Shown: positions 9,156 to 19,262, numbered from the stretch's first letter. The stretch is 64,000 nt of DNA from Dehalococcoidia bacterium UBA7891 (GCA_002500485.1 DLRJ01000062.1:577-64576); one strand, 5' to 3'. Numbers and translations are program-made. Notes: generated by a model not told the origin, from the letters alone.

Positions 9156-10337
9156 CTATAGAGCTCTCTCTTCTATCCAGGCGATATCCACTTCTATACC
9201 AAACCCAGGTGCATCAGAAGGTTTTACTCGACCATTCTTTATAACTGGTGTTCCCGGTAATGCGACCATTTCCTCTAATGGAACTCCAGGCGCTGATACT
9301 CCTTCTGACCTTTCGCCCCACGGAATCACAGGCATTGAATATGCTAAATGCTGACCATATGGATAATTCATTCCTGCGTGACCTATGACTGTTAGGCCAT
9401 GAGCTTCGGCTATATGGCATATTCGAACACTTGCTGTGATGCCTCCTACCCATTGGACATCGGGTTGCAATATATCTACTAGTCCCCGACCTGCTGCATC
9501 GGCGAATGGGTGAATTGTGTACCAATGCTCTCCCGTGGCTAAAATTTGACTAGGTACTCTTTGCCTTAATTTGGAATAACTGTCCATATCCTCTGGAAGC
9601 ATATAGTCCTCCAGCCATTTGATATTGTATGGTTTGAGTGCTTCTGACACACGCACTGCATACTCGATATTAGAAGACATCCAGGAATCGACTGCCAATT
9701 CAATATCCGGTCCAATCTGTTCTCTAGTATTTGCGATTATTTCCACATTTTTGTTTAATCCGGCTAGGCCTTCGTCAGGTCCGTGTCTCAGAAATACCTT
9801 AACGGCCTTGAAACCTAATTCCAGGAACCAATCCATATAGTCACTGGTTTTGTACCTCAACATGGTGTTGGAGGCATAGCAAAATATATCGTCTTTCACC
9901 GGTCCTCCTAGAAGTTCATAAACCGGCGTTTCTAAAAGTTTCCCTTTGAGGTCCCATATAGCATTGTCTAAAGCACTAATGGCGTAACTTACTACGCCTG
10001 CGGTCCCATATGGTGAAGATGCTCTACGCATCATGTCCCATATTTTTTCAGTGGCCATTGGATTTTGACCTACTAGGAGCTCAGAAAAATGATCATTTAT
10101 TATGGAAACCACTGGACCAGAGTGTATTGTTGTTCCCAAGCCCCATGTGCCGTCTTCGGCTGTTACCACGCATGCGACGCGATTCCAATTTGAGCCCGAC
10201 CTGTATTTCGAATCATATTTGTACCTATCCATAGGGTTTACAAAATATCCACCATTTGGATCTAACTCTACTCTCGGCTGAGTTTTGGGATTGGGGCTTA
10301 GATTTACTGCTATTGCCTTAATACTTTTGATTTTCAT
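9156..10337 (-). CDS. Enolase-superfamily enzyme (mandelate racemase/muconate lactonizing family, acid-sugar dehydratase-like)
   Basis: Length and motifs fit: AISALDNAIWDLKGKLLETPVYELLGG, and a barrel part with DSW.., LEDY and GEHW. RBS AGGAGA. Confidence 0.8.
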   Translation of the reverse strand: MKIKSIKAIAVNLSPNPKTQPRVELDPNGGYFVNPMDRYKYDSKYRSGSNWNRVACVVTAEDGTWGLGTTIHSGPVVSIINDHFSELLVGQNPMATEKIWDMMRRASSPYGTAGVVSYAISALDNAIWDLKGKLLETPVYELLGGPVKDDIFCYASNTMLRYKTSDYMDWFLELGFKAVKVFLRHGPDEGLAGLNKNVEIIANTREQIGPDIELAVDSWMSSNIEYAVRVSEALKPYNIKWLEDYMLPEDMDSYSKLRQRVPSQILATGEHWYTIHPFADAAGRGLVDILQPDVQWVGGITASVRICHIAEAHGLTVIGHAGMNYPYGQHLAYSMPVIPWGERSEGVSAPGVPLEEMVALPGTPVIKNGRVKPSDAPGFGIEVDIAWIEERAL

Positions 10338-10406
10338 GTTGACTATTCTCCTAAAGCGGAAATTTTTCTTTTCCCTTGGTTATGGCGTTACGGAATGGGG
10401 ACTTAT

Positions 10407-11603
10407 TTATTTCCCCTTTATAACCTCTGATGAAATTAATTCTTGGATTTCTTGTGCATCCATTCCCAAGACATTTTTCATCACCTCTTCCGTATGTTCT
10501 CCCAATAGAGGAGGGTGATTTGTTGGCTGGGCCGGAGTTCTGCTTAGATGTTGAAGGGCACTTCCTAACAAATCAATTGTTCCTAGAGTCGGATGATCAA
10601 TTTGCCATAGTGATTTGCGAGCTTTGGCTTGGGGGTCCTTAAAGACTTCATCCAAGGTGTTTATTGAGGAGACTGTTAATCCTGCTTCTTGGAGCGTAGG
10701 TATCCAATGAGATTTGGATTTCTGAACGAATTGGGTATTCAATAGTCTTTCAAGTTCTTTTCGATTTTTCACGCGGTCGGCGTTAGTTAAAAACCTGCTA
10801 TCTTCTGCTAAGTCGGGGGCTTCTACTGTTTCGCACATTCGCCTAAACTGGTCGTCATTATTGGCGGCAGCCATAAAGTCACCGTCAGAGGCTGTAAAAT
10901 CTTGGTAAGGAGCCACTTGAGGATGTGCGTTTCCTATTCGTCCCGGTGCTTCACCACTAGCTAAATAGCTTTGGGCTATATTGGCCATACCCGCGATTCC
11001 GACATCAAACAATGAGACGTCAACGTGCTGGCCTTTACCACTCAAAGAACGTTCATGAAGAGCTGATAAAATTCCAATAGTAGATGTGAGACCCGTCATG
11101 ATATCGATCCATGCAGCACCCACTTTAGTAGGGCCTCCTTCAGTTTCACCAGTAACACTCATTACCCCCGTCATCCCCTGCAAGGCTGCATCATATCCTG
11201 GTTCTGGAGCTCTGGGGCCGGTTTGCCCGAACCCTGTAACTGAAGCATAAATTATTTTAGGGTTTAAGGAAGAAATGGACTCGTAATCTAGGCCAAATCG
11301 AGCTAAATTGCCTACCTTAAAATTCTCTACGAAAATATCAGCCTTTTTGGCTAGTTCCTTGATTATTTTTTGACCCTTTTCATCTCTTAGGTTCACTATA
11401 ATACTTTTTTTCCCCCTGTTAGCGGAAAGGTAATATGCGCTTTGATCACCCACAAAAGGAGGGCCCCATCCACGGGTGTCGTCACCCCACGGGGATTCCA
11501 CTTTCCAGACCTCAGCTCCAAGGTCAGCCAGTATCTGGGTTCCAAGCGGCCCCGCAAGGATTCTCGACAAATCTAATACTTTTAAGTCTTTTAAGGCAGT
11601 CAT
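10407..11603 (-). CDS. Family III CoA-transferase (CaiB/BaiF type)
   Basis: LKVLDLSRILAGPLGTQILADLGAEVWKVE. Catalytic-Asp context AAWIDIMTG. C-terminal LLGEHTEEVM. Confidence 0.85.
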   Translation of the reverse strand: MTALKDLKVLDLSRILAGPLGTQILADLGAEVWKVESPWGDDTRGWGPPFVGDQSAYYLSANRGKKSIIVNLRDEKGQKIIKELAKKADIFVENFKVGNLARFGLDYESISSLNPKIIYASVTGFGQTGPRAPEPGYDAALQGMTGVMSVTGETEGGPTKVGAAWIDIMTGLTSTIGILSALHERSLSGKGQHVDVSLFDVGIAGMANIAQSYLASGEAPGRIGNAHPQVAPYQDFTASDGDFMAAANNDDQFRRMCETVEAPDLAEDSRFLTNADRVKNRKELERLLNTQFVQKSKSHWIPTLQEAGLTVSSINTLDEVFKDPQAKARKSLWQIDHPTLGTIDLLGSALQHLSRTPAQPTNHPPLLGEHTEEVMKNVLGMDAQEIQELISSEVIKGK

Positions 11604-11727
11604 AGCATCTCCATCATTCTGAAATAATAATGAATGGTATTAGAACGAATGGTAATAGTTTGTTATATCCTCTACAACTCTAGTGGAAGGTGCGTTTAGT
11701 AGGGCATCTGGTATGTTGGGGAAAATA

Positions 11728-12507
11728 TTATGTTCTTGGTTCCCAGGAAAAAAATTTTAAAGAGGCGATAACACCTACTACCAGCCAGGCGAATAATATT
11801 GCAAAATTTTCTGGGTTGCTAGTGAGGCCAGATGAAAATGGGCTGTAGGTTTCCTGCAATGATAGTGAAAATGGTCTTACAGGGAATACTTGGGCTATTC
11901 CATTTAACCAATTTGGTGCACTATCCATTGGGATGAATACATCAGATATGAACATCAGAGGTATTACAGATGCGTTTACCATTGGCGCAGCAGCATCTGA
12001 ATTGGGGATTACACTCGTAAAGGCAATTCCCAGACTAGTAAAAGTAGCTGCTCCTAGAATCATCGTCAGTAAAAATGCCACTATTGAATTGGTTGGTAGA
12101 CCAACATCGAATACTACAAAAGCTATTATCGCAATAATGACAGCTAAGGCAAAAGACACTATTGTGTTATGCGCTATTTTCCCTAGGAGGAATAGGATTA
12201 ATGGCAAAGGGGTCCCTTTGTAACGTTTAAGTACTCCTATATCCCTGTTCACAGTCAAAGTCATAGCGATTCCCGTGTATGAGGAGCCTATTACTGAAAA
12301 GGCGGTTATCATCGGTATATATTTAGTGGCTCTGGATACAATGCCACCGTCTATCTCCACTGAATCATTCCCAAAAATTCTAAGCATAAATAGAAAAAGA
12401 AGAGGAAAAACAAGAGTAAAAAAAGCAGCCGCCGGATTTCTTCGGTACGATTTACTTTCATAGATTATTTGTTTTAGGAAAAGAGGCAAATGCTTTCTAA
12501 AATTCAT
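11728..12507 (-). CDS. ABC-2 type transporter permease
   Basis: About 6 hydrophobic segments. A 4-nt start/stop overlap with the upstream ATPase gene. Confidence 0.75.
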   Translation of the reverse strand: MNFRKHLPLFLKQIIYESKSYRRNPAAAFFTLVFPLLFLFMLRIFGNDSVEIDGGIVSRATKYIPMITAFSVIGSSYTGIAMTLTVNRDIGVLKRYKGTPLPLILFLLGKIAHNTIVSFALAVIIAIIAFVVFDVGLPTNSIVAFLLTMILGAATFTSLGIAFTSVIPNSDAAAPMVNASVIPLMFISDVFIPMDSAPNWLNGIAQVFPVRPFSLSLQETYSPFSSGLTSNPENFAILFAWLVVGVIASLKFFSWEPRT

Positions 12508-13448
12508 TTGAGAATTCCTAAATAAATATCTTCAAGATTTTGTCTGGATACCTCTAGATTACTGAGTTCGATTCCTTGTGATATTGCCCATCCTGTTAAT
12601 TCTGAAAGAACGGCAGTTGGATTTTCAGTGCTTATTGAAACAGCCCCTTCAGACATGACTGCTATTTCTTTTATGTCCTTTGGTAGTTGAAGCTGTGGCT
12701 CATCTGTTTTAAAAGTGATAAATGTTTTATTGTGCGAAATTCTGAGATCGCTTAATGATCCCTGGGTAATTAATTCACCATGGTTCATAAGAGCAACGGT
12801 GTCTGCTAGATATTCAGCTTCTTCCATGTAATGAGTTGTGAGTACAACAGTAGTACCATCAGTCTTTAATTTTTTTATCATGTCCCAAAAAGTGCGCCGG
12901 GCGGAAGGGTCAAAACCTGTAGTGGGTTCGTCGAGGAACAAAAGATCAGGATTGCCACAAAGTCCGATTGCTACATCCAGGCGACGTTTTTGACCACCTG
13001 AAAGTTTCTTGACTCGCTTGTCTTTTTCTTCTGTCAGGCCAGTCATTTCTAGTAAGTCGGAGATTTTTCTAGGAGTTTTGTAAAAATTTGTGAATTGTTC
13101 CAAAATTTCGTATGCTGTTAGGTATTGTTCTATTCCAGTTTCCTGTAAGACGATCCCTACCCTTGAGCGAAATTCGGTGGAACCGTTGGAAGGATCCATG
13201 CCTAGCACTTTTACTTCTCCAGATGTTTTAGTTCTGTGACCTTCCAGTATTTCTACAGTTGTAGTTTTACCTGCCCCATTGGGCCCCAGTAATGCAAACA
13301 CTTCACCCACATTGACTGTCAAAGAAACTCCGTTTACTGCGAGAGAGTTCCCGTATTTTTTTGTCAGTTTATTGGTTTTGATTGCGATCAATTTAATTTC
13401 ACTAATGAGTACACAAATTGGATCATTACATTCAATTGTATAATCCAT
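12504..13448 (-). CDS. ABC transporter ATP-binding protein (DrrA/ABC-2 exporter type)
   Basis: Walker A GPNGAGKTT, signature LSGGQKRR, Walker B LLFLDEPT. Confidence 0.85.
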   Translation of the reverse strand: MDYTIECNDPICVLISEIKLIAIKTNKLTKKYGNSLAVNGVSLTVNVGEVFALLGPNGAGKTTTVEILEGHRTKTSGEVKVLGMDPSNGSTEFRSRVGIVLQETGIEQYLTAYEILEQFTNFYKTPRKISDLLEMTGLTEEKDKRVKKLSGGQKRRLDVAIGLCGNPDLLFLDEPTTGFDPSARRTFWDMIKKLKTDGTTVVLTTHYMEEAEYLADTVALMNHGELITQGSLSDLRISHNKTFITFKTDEPQLQLPKDIKEIAVMSEGAVSISTENPTAVLSELTGWAISQGIELSNLEVSRQNLEDIYLGILK

Positions 13449-13486
13449 CCTGTGATCGGAGAAGTATCTAGAATTGGAGTGTGATA

Positions 13487-14308
13487 ATGGCTTATACGGA
13501 TCTAGGACTAAAGCAGGACGGTGCAGTCCTTAAGATAACAGTTGATCGACCTGAAGTTTTGAATGCTCAGAGTAGGATAATGCGAGAAGAACTTGATGAT
13601 GCATTTGATAAAGCAGCAGATGATGAATCAGTTAAGGTGGTGATCATTGCAGGGGCAGGGTCTAATTTCTCTGCAGGTCATGACTTGGGTAGCCCTCAAG
13701 AAATGGCTGATCGAGAAAAACGCCCTTATCAACCGGGTACAGCAGGAGAGTACGAAAGGAGTTGGCAACAAAATGTGGCGAACACATTCAGGTGGAGAGA
13801 TTTTCCCAAACCAACAATAGCTCAGGTTCAAGGGGTATGTATTATGGGAGGAATAATTTTGGCTTCATCTTGTGATCTAATTGTTGCCTCGGAGGATGCT
13901 CGCTTTAGTGATAGAACGGTGAGGTGGGGAGGCCCGCACGTCCAATATCTAAGTCTTCCCTACGAAATTGGAGTACGAAAGGCAAAGGAATACCTTTTCA
14001 CAGGGGATTGGATGACTGCTTCTGAAGCCGAAAAAATGGGACTTGTTAATAAAGTTGTGCCTATTGAGCAACTCGAGGAAGAGACTATGAAACTGGCTCA
14101 AAGAATAGCTTTGCAAGATGCCTTTGCTTTGAGATTATCCAAAGCGTCCCTGAATCAAGTACAGGATCAGATGGGCTATCGGAATAGCATTATGTCTGGG
14201 TTTCATAATCACGCCTTAGGACTGTCATACAGGCGTGAGATTTATGATGGTGAAAGAGTCACCTCGATTGATCGCGCCAGAGAGCGTGATAAAAAGTTTG
14301 GTGATTGA
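13487..14308 (+). CDS. Enoyl-CoA hydratase/isomerase (crotonase) family protein
   Basis: LNAQS.., VVIIAGAGSNFSAGHDL, and the GVCIMGG oxyanion-hole region. ATG 13487 follows GGAG at 13476-13479. Confidence 0.85.
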   Translation: MAYTDLGLKQDGAVLKITVDRPEVLNAQSRIMREELDDAFDKAADDESVKVVIIAGAGSNFSAGHDLGSPQEMADREKRPYQPGTAGEYERSWQQNVANTFRWRDFPKPTIAQVQGVCIMGGIILASSCDLIVASEDARFSDRTVRWGGPHVQYLSLPYEIGVRKAKEYLFTGDWMTASEAEKMGLVNKVVPIEQLEEETMKLAQRIALQDAFALRLSKASLNQVQDQMGYRNSIMSGFHNHALGLSYRREIYDGERVTSIDRARERDKKFGD

Positions 14309-14313
14309 ATCAA

Positions 14314-16722
14314 ATGGCGCCATTTTCTAATTTGAAGGTCTTGGATTTGTCGGCTGATTTTGCTGGTAGTTACTGCAGCAAATTGCTTAGTGATTTTGGT
14401 GCTTCCGTCAAAAAGATCATATATGAGGGACGAGAAGATCGTTCTGCTTTATATGGACCGTTCATCAACGAAATTCGAGATCCAAAGTCAAGCGCGATGT
14501 TCCATTATATGAATTACAACAAACAGGTTATTCCAGTATCCAAAGAGACACAGACAATTGAGGAATTGGCACTTTCAGCGGATCTATTAATTGAGGATTT
14601 TTCAAGTGAGGACTTTAATTTAACTGGGTTAGATTTAGAAAATATACGTAAATTAAACCCGGATATTCTAATTTGCTCTTTGACCCCCTTTGGGAGAAAT
14701 ACTAAATGGACAGGAAAACCTTGGAGCGACCTAACTATTCAGGCTTTAACAGGTATGTGCAGTGTAAACGGAGAGCAGGGTAAAGCTCCTTTAAAGGAAC
14801 CAGGTACGGAAAGTGAGTTTATAACTGGAGCAAACGCATTCGTAGCTTCTGTAGCTTCCTTAATCAACCGAGATGTAACAGGGATTGGGCAAGAAGTGAA
14901 TGTATCTATTCTGAAATCTGTTTTACATAGTTATAGTCCATATTTGTTAGGGGCACTTCATACCAGAAACCCTCGGGGACAGCAGCCACAAGGACTCCAT
15001 TTTGGCCTGATACCTTGCAAAGATGGGTATGTATCCCTCAGTGTGCGTCATGAACCTACATGGGAACATATGTGGCTATTTTTTGGGGACCCTGAATTCT
15101 CAGAAAACCCGAAGTTCGATACAGCCGCTAAAAGACGTAATAATGAAGATGAGCTTTCGGAAATTCTTTTGCCAATACTTGCGCAATACTCTCGTAAGGA
15201 TCTCCTTCACGGTTTGAGTCCTCTTCGGATATTGGTTGGCATCGCCAATTCAGTATCAGATTTACTGGAAGATGAGCACCTTAAAACAAGGAATGCTTTT
15301 GTAAGATATGGTAGCGAAGGCAAATCATGGGAAATGCCGGGACCTCCTTTCCAGATGTCTTTAACACCATGGAAATTTGAACCCTTACCTACTTCGGAAG
15401 ATTTTCAAATTTGGGATAACCCAATGAAAGTCACACATAATACCTCTAAAAGTTTAGATACGGGCAATAAAACAAAAGGACCCCTTTCTGGGATGAGAGG
15501 GATTGTGTTAACACAGGCCTGGGCTGGAGCCTACAGCACCCAACTGCTCTCAGATCTAGGCATGGAAATTATTCAGGTTGAATCTATTACCCGGATAGAT
15601 CCTTGGAGAGGAGGGGTTCCTCCAAGGTTGGCAGGCTTGTATCCAGATACTAACCCTGGAGATAATCCTTGGGATAGAAATGCTCTTTACAATGGTGTAA
15701 ATAGAGGTAAGAAAGCTATAACTCTTGACCTAGCCCAGTCAGAAGCAAAAGACGTATTTATGGAACTTGTTTCAATAAGTGATGTCGTAGTAGAGAACTT
15801 TTCCGGTAGAGTAATAAGTAATCTGGGACTGAATTACGAATCTCTTAGGTCGGTTAATCCCTCAATTGTCATGGTTAGAATGCCAACTTATGGGACAAGC
15901 GGACCTTACTCAAATTACCCTGGTAATGGAGGAACTACAGAACCTGTCTCCGGCATGTCATTCCTCATGGGATACCATGATGGACCTCCTATAAATTCTG
16001 GCATAATGCATACTGATGCTTATAGCGGTGTATTAGCATGCGGTGCCGCAATAACTGCCTTGAGGGAAAGGTTAATGTCTGGAGTGGGTCAAGAAGTAGA
16101 TATTTCCCAACAAGAGGTGAGCATGACATTATTGGCCGAATATATTATGGAGGGGTCAATATCAGGGGAATCTCCTGGAAGACAGGGCAATACCAACAGG
16201 GACTACGCTCCTCAAGGATGTTATCTTTCAAAGGATTCTTATTGGATAGCCATTTCTGTGAAAACAGACCGTCAATGGGAATCTTTTTGTAATTCGCTAA
16301 TGCTGGATGATTTGATCACCGATGAAGATTATTCCACCAAAGATGTTAGGAAAATAAATTCGGTTCGGTTGGATCAAGAAATATCAAAGAATATGGCTAA
16401 TTTGGTAGCAAGTGAAGTCGTGGAAAATTTACAGGCTGAGTCAGTGCCATGTGAATTTATTTCCACTTTATTGGAAGCCGCTGAAAATGATGACTTTCAT
16501 CAAATGGAATTATTTGAACAGATATTTCATTTGAAGTCAGGGAATTTCTATTACCCAGTGCCTCCTTGGGATTTTGAAAATAATTCTCGAAAACCTCAAG
16601 AACCAGCCCCAACATTAGGGGAGCATTCTGACGAAATTTTCAGTAGCCTCAATGGATGGTCTGAGAGTGAAATAGCCCGATTTCAGAGCCTTGGATTAAC
16701 TGGTACAGATCCTTTGATTTAA
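14314..16722 (+). CDS. Tandem fusion of two family III CoA-transferase domains in one polypeptide
   Basis: Domain 1 has LKVLDLSADFAGSYCSKLLSDFGASV; its catalytic-position context is TESEFITG (Glu, codon 14815-14817). Domain 2 begins after ~aa 390 with GPLSGMRGIVLTQAWAGAYSTQLLSDLGMEIIQVE. It has MHTDAYSG (Asp) and C-terminal APTLGEHSDEIF. Confidence 0.8.
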   Translation: MAPFSNLKVLDLSADFAGSYCSKLLSDFGASVKKIIYEGREDRSALYGPFINEIRDPKSSAMFHYMNYNKQVIPVSKETQTIEELALSADLLIEDFSSEDFNLTGLDLENIRKLNPDILICSLTPFGRNTKWTGKPWSDLTIQALTGMCSVNGEQGKAPLKEPGTESEFITGANAFVASVASLINRDVTGIGQEVNVSILKSVLHSYSPYLLGALHTRNPRGQQPQGLHFGLIPCKDGYVSLSVRHEPTWEHMWLFFGDPEFSENPKFDTAAKRRNNEDELSEILLPILAQYSRKDLLHGLSPLRILVGIANSVSDLLEDEHLKTRNAFVRYGSEGKSWEMPGPPFQMSLTPWKFEPLPTSEDFQIWDNPMKVTHNTSKSLDTGNKTKGPLSGMRGIVLTQAWAGAYSTQLLSDLGMEIIQVESITRIDPWRGGVPPRLAGLYPDTNPGDNPWDRNALYNGVNRGKKAITLDLAQSEAKDVFMELVSISDVVVENFSGRVISNLGLNYESLRSVNPSIVMVRMPTYGTSGPYSNYPGNGGTTEPVSGMSFLMGYHDGPPINSGIMHTDAYSGVLACGAAITALRERLMSGVGQEVDISQQEVSMTLLAEYIMEGSISGESPGRQGNTNRDYAPQGCYLSKDSYWIAISVKTDRQWESFCNSLMLDDLITDEDYSTKDVRKINSVRLDQEISKNMANLVASEVVENLQAESVPCEFISTLLEAAENDDFHQMELFEQIFHLKSGNFYYPVPPWDFENNSRKPQEPAPTLGEHSDEIFSSLNGWSESEIARFQSLGLTGTDPLI

Positions 16723-16736
16723 AATACTTAAGTGAA

Positions 16737-17942
16737 ATGATGACTCAACATAAAATAAATACACATCTGACTGACGTAATTGCTAAGGCTTCAGAGATTT
16801 CTGAAATTACTGATGAAGAGGCACTTTTACTTTCTCGCTACTCAGAAGATCATCTGGGTGATTTGTGTGGTGCTGCAGCAAAGATTAGAAATCATGGAAA
16901 AGGGACAACGGTTACTTTTTCCCCAAAAGTTTTTATCCCTCTGACCAGGTTATGCCGCGATTACTGCGGATACTGCACGTTTAGAATAGACCCAGACCAA
17001 GCGCAAAGTCTTTACATGAGTGCAGTAGAGGTGCTTGATGTGGCCAAACAAGGGGAAAATCTAGGCTGTACCGAAGCATTATTTACCCTCGGAGAAAGGC
17101 CAGAACAGAAGTACCCGGAAGCGAAGGAATGGCTTTCAAATAATGGTTATGACAGTACTCTTGATTATCTGGGTGCCATGACTGAACTTGTAGTTAAAGA
17201 GACCAGGCTTTTGCCTCACGCGAATCCCGGTACCATGACTCACAGAGAGCTAAATGTTTTAAAAGACTCTAATCCCTCTACTGGCATAATGCTGGAAAGT
17301 ACCAGCGAACTTTTATATCAAAAAGGCGGACCTCATGAATTTGCCCCTAGTAAAAGACCTATTGTTAGATTGAAGACAATTTCAATAGCAGGTGAATTAA
17401 GAATTCCATTCACTACCGGCCTTCTTATTGGGATAGGTGAAACGATGTTGGACAGAATAGAATCCCTACTGGAAATCAGAAGCCTACACCGAAAATATAA
17501 TCATATACAGGAAACAATAATTCAGAACTTCAGGGCAAAACCTGAGACCCCCATGGCAGAATCTCCAGATGCTGAAACACAAGAAATGCTCTGGACGGTC
17601 GCTGCGGCTCGTATTATTTTGGGGCCTCAAGCTAATATACAAGTGCCGCCAAACCTCAGTTCCGAGAATTACGAGATGTATTTGGCTGCAGGTATAAATG
17701 ATTGGGGTGGTGTTTCTCCTTTGACAATCGATTATGTTAATCCCGAAGCACCCTGGCCTCTCATAACCAATTTGAAATCAAAAACAGAGTCAGCGGGATT
17801 TGAATTGCGACCAAGGTTAGCTGTATACCCAGAGTACTTTCTTGATACTACTGAATACTTACCGGTAGACTTGTTGACGAAGGTACGAGAATTGGCTGAT
17901 GATGAAGGATATGTAAAGGAAGGTATTAACAGATATGTCTGA
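16737..17942 (+). CDS. cofG: FO synthase subunit 1 (7,8-didemethyl-8-hydroxy-5-deazariboflavin synthase, CofG), radical SAM
   Basis: CxxxCxxC cluster motif CRDYCGYCTF. Size and pairing with a second radical-SAM paralogue fit, and there is an 8-nt overlap with the next gene. Confidence 0.8.
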   Translation: MMTQHKINTHLTDVIAKASEISEITDEEALLLSRYSEDHLGDLCGAAAKIRNHGKGTTVTFSPKVFIPLTRLCRDYCGYCTFRIDPDQAQSLYMSAVEVLDVAKQGENLGCTEALFTLGERPEQKYPEAKEWLSNNGYDSTLDYLGAMTELVVKETRLLPHANPGTMTHRELNVLKDSNPSTGIMLESTSELLYQKGGPHEFAPSKRPIVRLKTISIAGELRIPFTTGLLIGIGETMLDRIESLLEIRSLHRKYNHIQETIIQNFRAKPETPMAESPDAETQEMLWTVAAARIILGPQANIQVPPNLSSENYEMYLAAGINDWGGVSPLTIDYVNPEAPWPLITNLKSKTESAGFELRPRLAVYPEYFLDTTEYLPVDLLTKVRELADDEGYVKEGINRYV

Positions 17943-19245
17943 TATTGAGGCACATGACATGGACATGGATTTTTCGGGCCTGCTGGGGTCAATAGATCCA
18001 GATATTTCCCGCGTCTTACGTGCGGCTATTTCTGGTGAAGATATTTCAGCATCGGACGCCTGCCTGCTTCTGGATTCTAATGGGTTAGAGTACAACGCTA
18101 CCGTGTTGGTTGCCGATGTTTTGCGTAGAAGGACTGTGGGAGATGTCGTCACATATGTTGTAAATAGAAACATTAATTTTACTAATGTATGTATAAAGAG
18201 ATGTGGATTTTGCGCATTTAGCAGAGATTTCAGAGAAGAACAAGGTTATCTATTACCAGTGGAGGAAATAGTCCGTCGCTCGAAAGAAGCGTGGGATTAT
18301 GGGGCTACTGAGGTATGTGTACAGGCAGGCCTACCACCTCAAATGGAAGGCGATTTATACATTCGACTATGTGAGGCGATAAAAGCTGAACTTCCTGATA
18401 TTCACATCCATGGATTTTCCCCAGAAGAGGTTCTTTATGGATCAATCCGATCCAAGACATCTATAAGGCAACACCTTAGTGATTTGAAAGACGCAGGTGT
18501 TGGAAGTTTACCCGGCACCTCAGCAGAGATATTGGATCAGGCCTTGAGGGATAAAATATCACCGGGTCGTATAACTAAAGATCAATGGATCGAGGTCATA
18601 ACCACAGCCCATGATCTGGGCATACAAACTACATCTACTGTGATGTTTGGGCACGTCGAGACAAATCTGCAAATTGCTGAACATATCGATATTATTCGGA
18701 ACATACAGATGGAAACGGGTGGGTTCACAGAATTCGTACCATTGAGTTTTGTGAATTCTGAGGCCCCTATGTTTCTTAAAGGGCTAATCCCTAATGTTAG
18801 GACTGGACCCACCGGTATGGATGTGGTGAAGGTTCATGCTGTTGCGAGGATTATGTTGAATAATTGGATACCAAACATTCAGGCCTCTTGGGTTAAAGAG
18901 GGAGACAGAATCTCTCAATTACTTCTTACCGCAGGGGTAAATGATTTAGGTGGCACTTTGATTAACGAAAGTATTTCTACATCCGCAGGGGCGCAACATG
19001 GCCAGCTGATGAAGCCTTCACAGTTCAGAGATATGATACGGGATGCAGGAAGGTTGCCGGCAGAAAGATTCACAAATTATAGTTTGAGAAAGGTATATGA
19101 TAAATCGGATAACGAGAAAGACCCATTAGATCTATTGGAAGATAACGTAGAGGAAATATTTGGCTCGTACAATAAACTTATTGGGATGGAAAATTTCCGA
19201 TTCGAACACCCACGTAAGGCCGCAGAAAGGACTGCTAGTGTATGA
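17935..19245 (+). CDS. cofH: FO synthase subunit 2 (CofH), radical SAM
   Basis: CIKRCGFCAF motif. The start ATG overlaps the cofG stop (ATGTCTGA, 17935-17942). Confidence 0.8.
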   Translation: MSDIEAHDMDMDFSGLLGSIDPDISRVLRAAISGEDISASDACLLLDSNGLEYNATVLVADVLRRRTVGDVVTYVVNRNINFTNVCIKRCGFCAFSRDFREEQGYLLPVEEIVRRSKEAWDYGATEVCVQAGLPPQMEGDLYIRLCEAIKAELPDIHIHGFSPEEVLYGSIRSKTSIRQHLSDLKDAGVGSLPGTSAEILDQALRDKISPGRITKDQWIEVITTAHDLGIQTTSTVMFGHVETNLQIAEHIDIIRNIQMETGGFTEFVPLSFVNSEAPMFLKGLIPNVRTGPTGMDVVKVHAVARIMLNNWIPNIQASWVKEGDRISQLLLTAGVNDLGGTLINESISTSAGAQHGQLMKPSQFRDMIRDAGRLPAERFTNYSLRKVYDKSDNEKDPLDLLEDNVEEIFGSYNKLIGMENFRFEHPRKAAERTASV

Positions 19246-19262
19246 CGAAAGGCTAATTTGAA

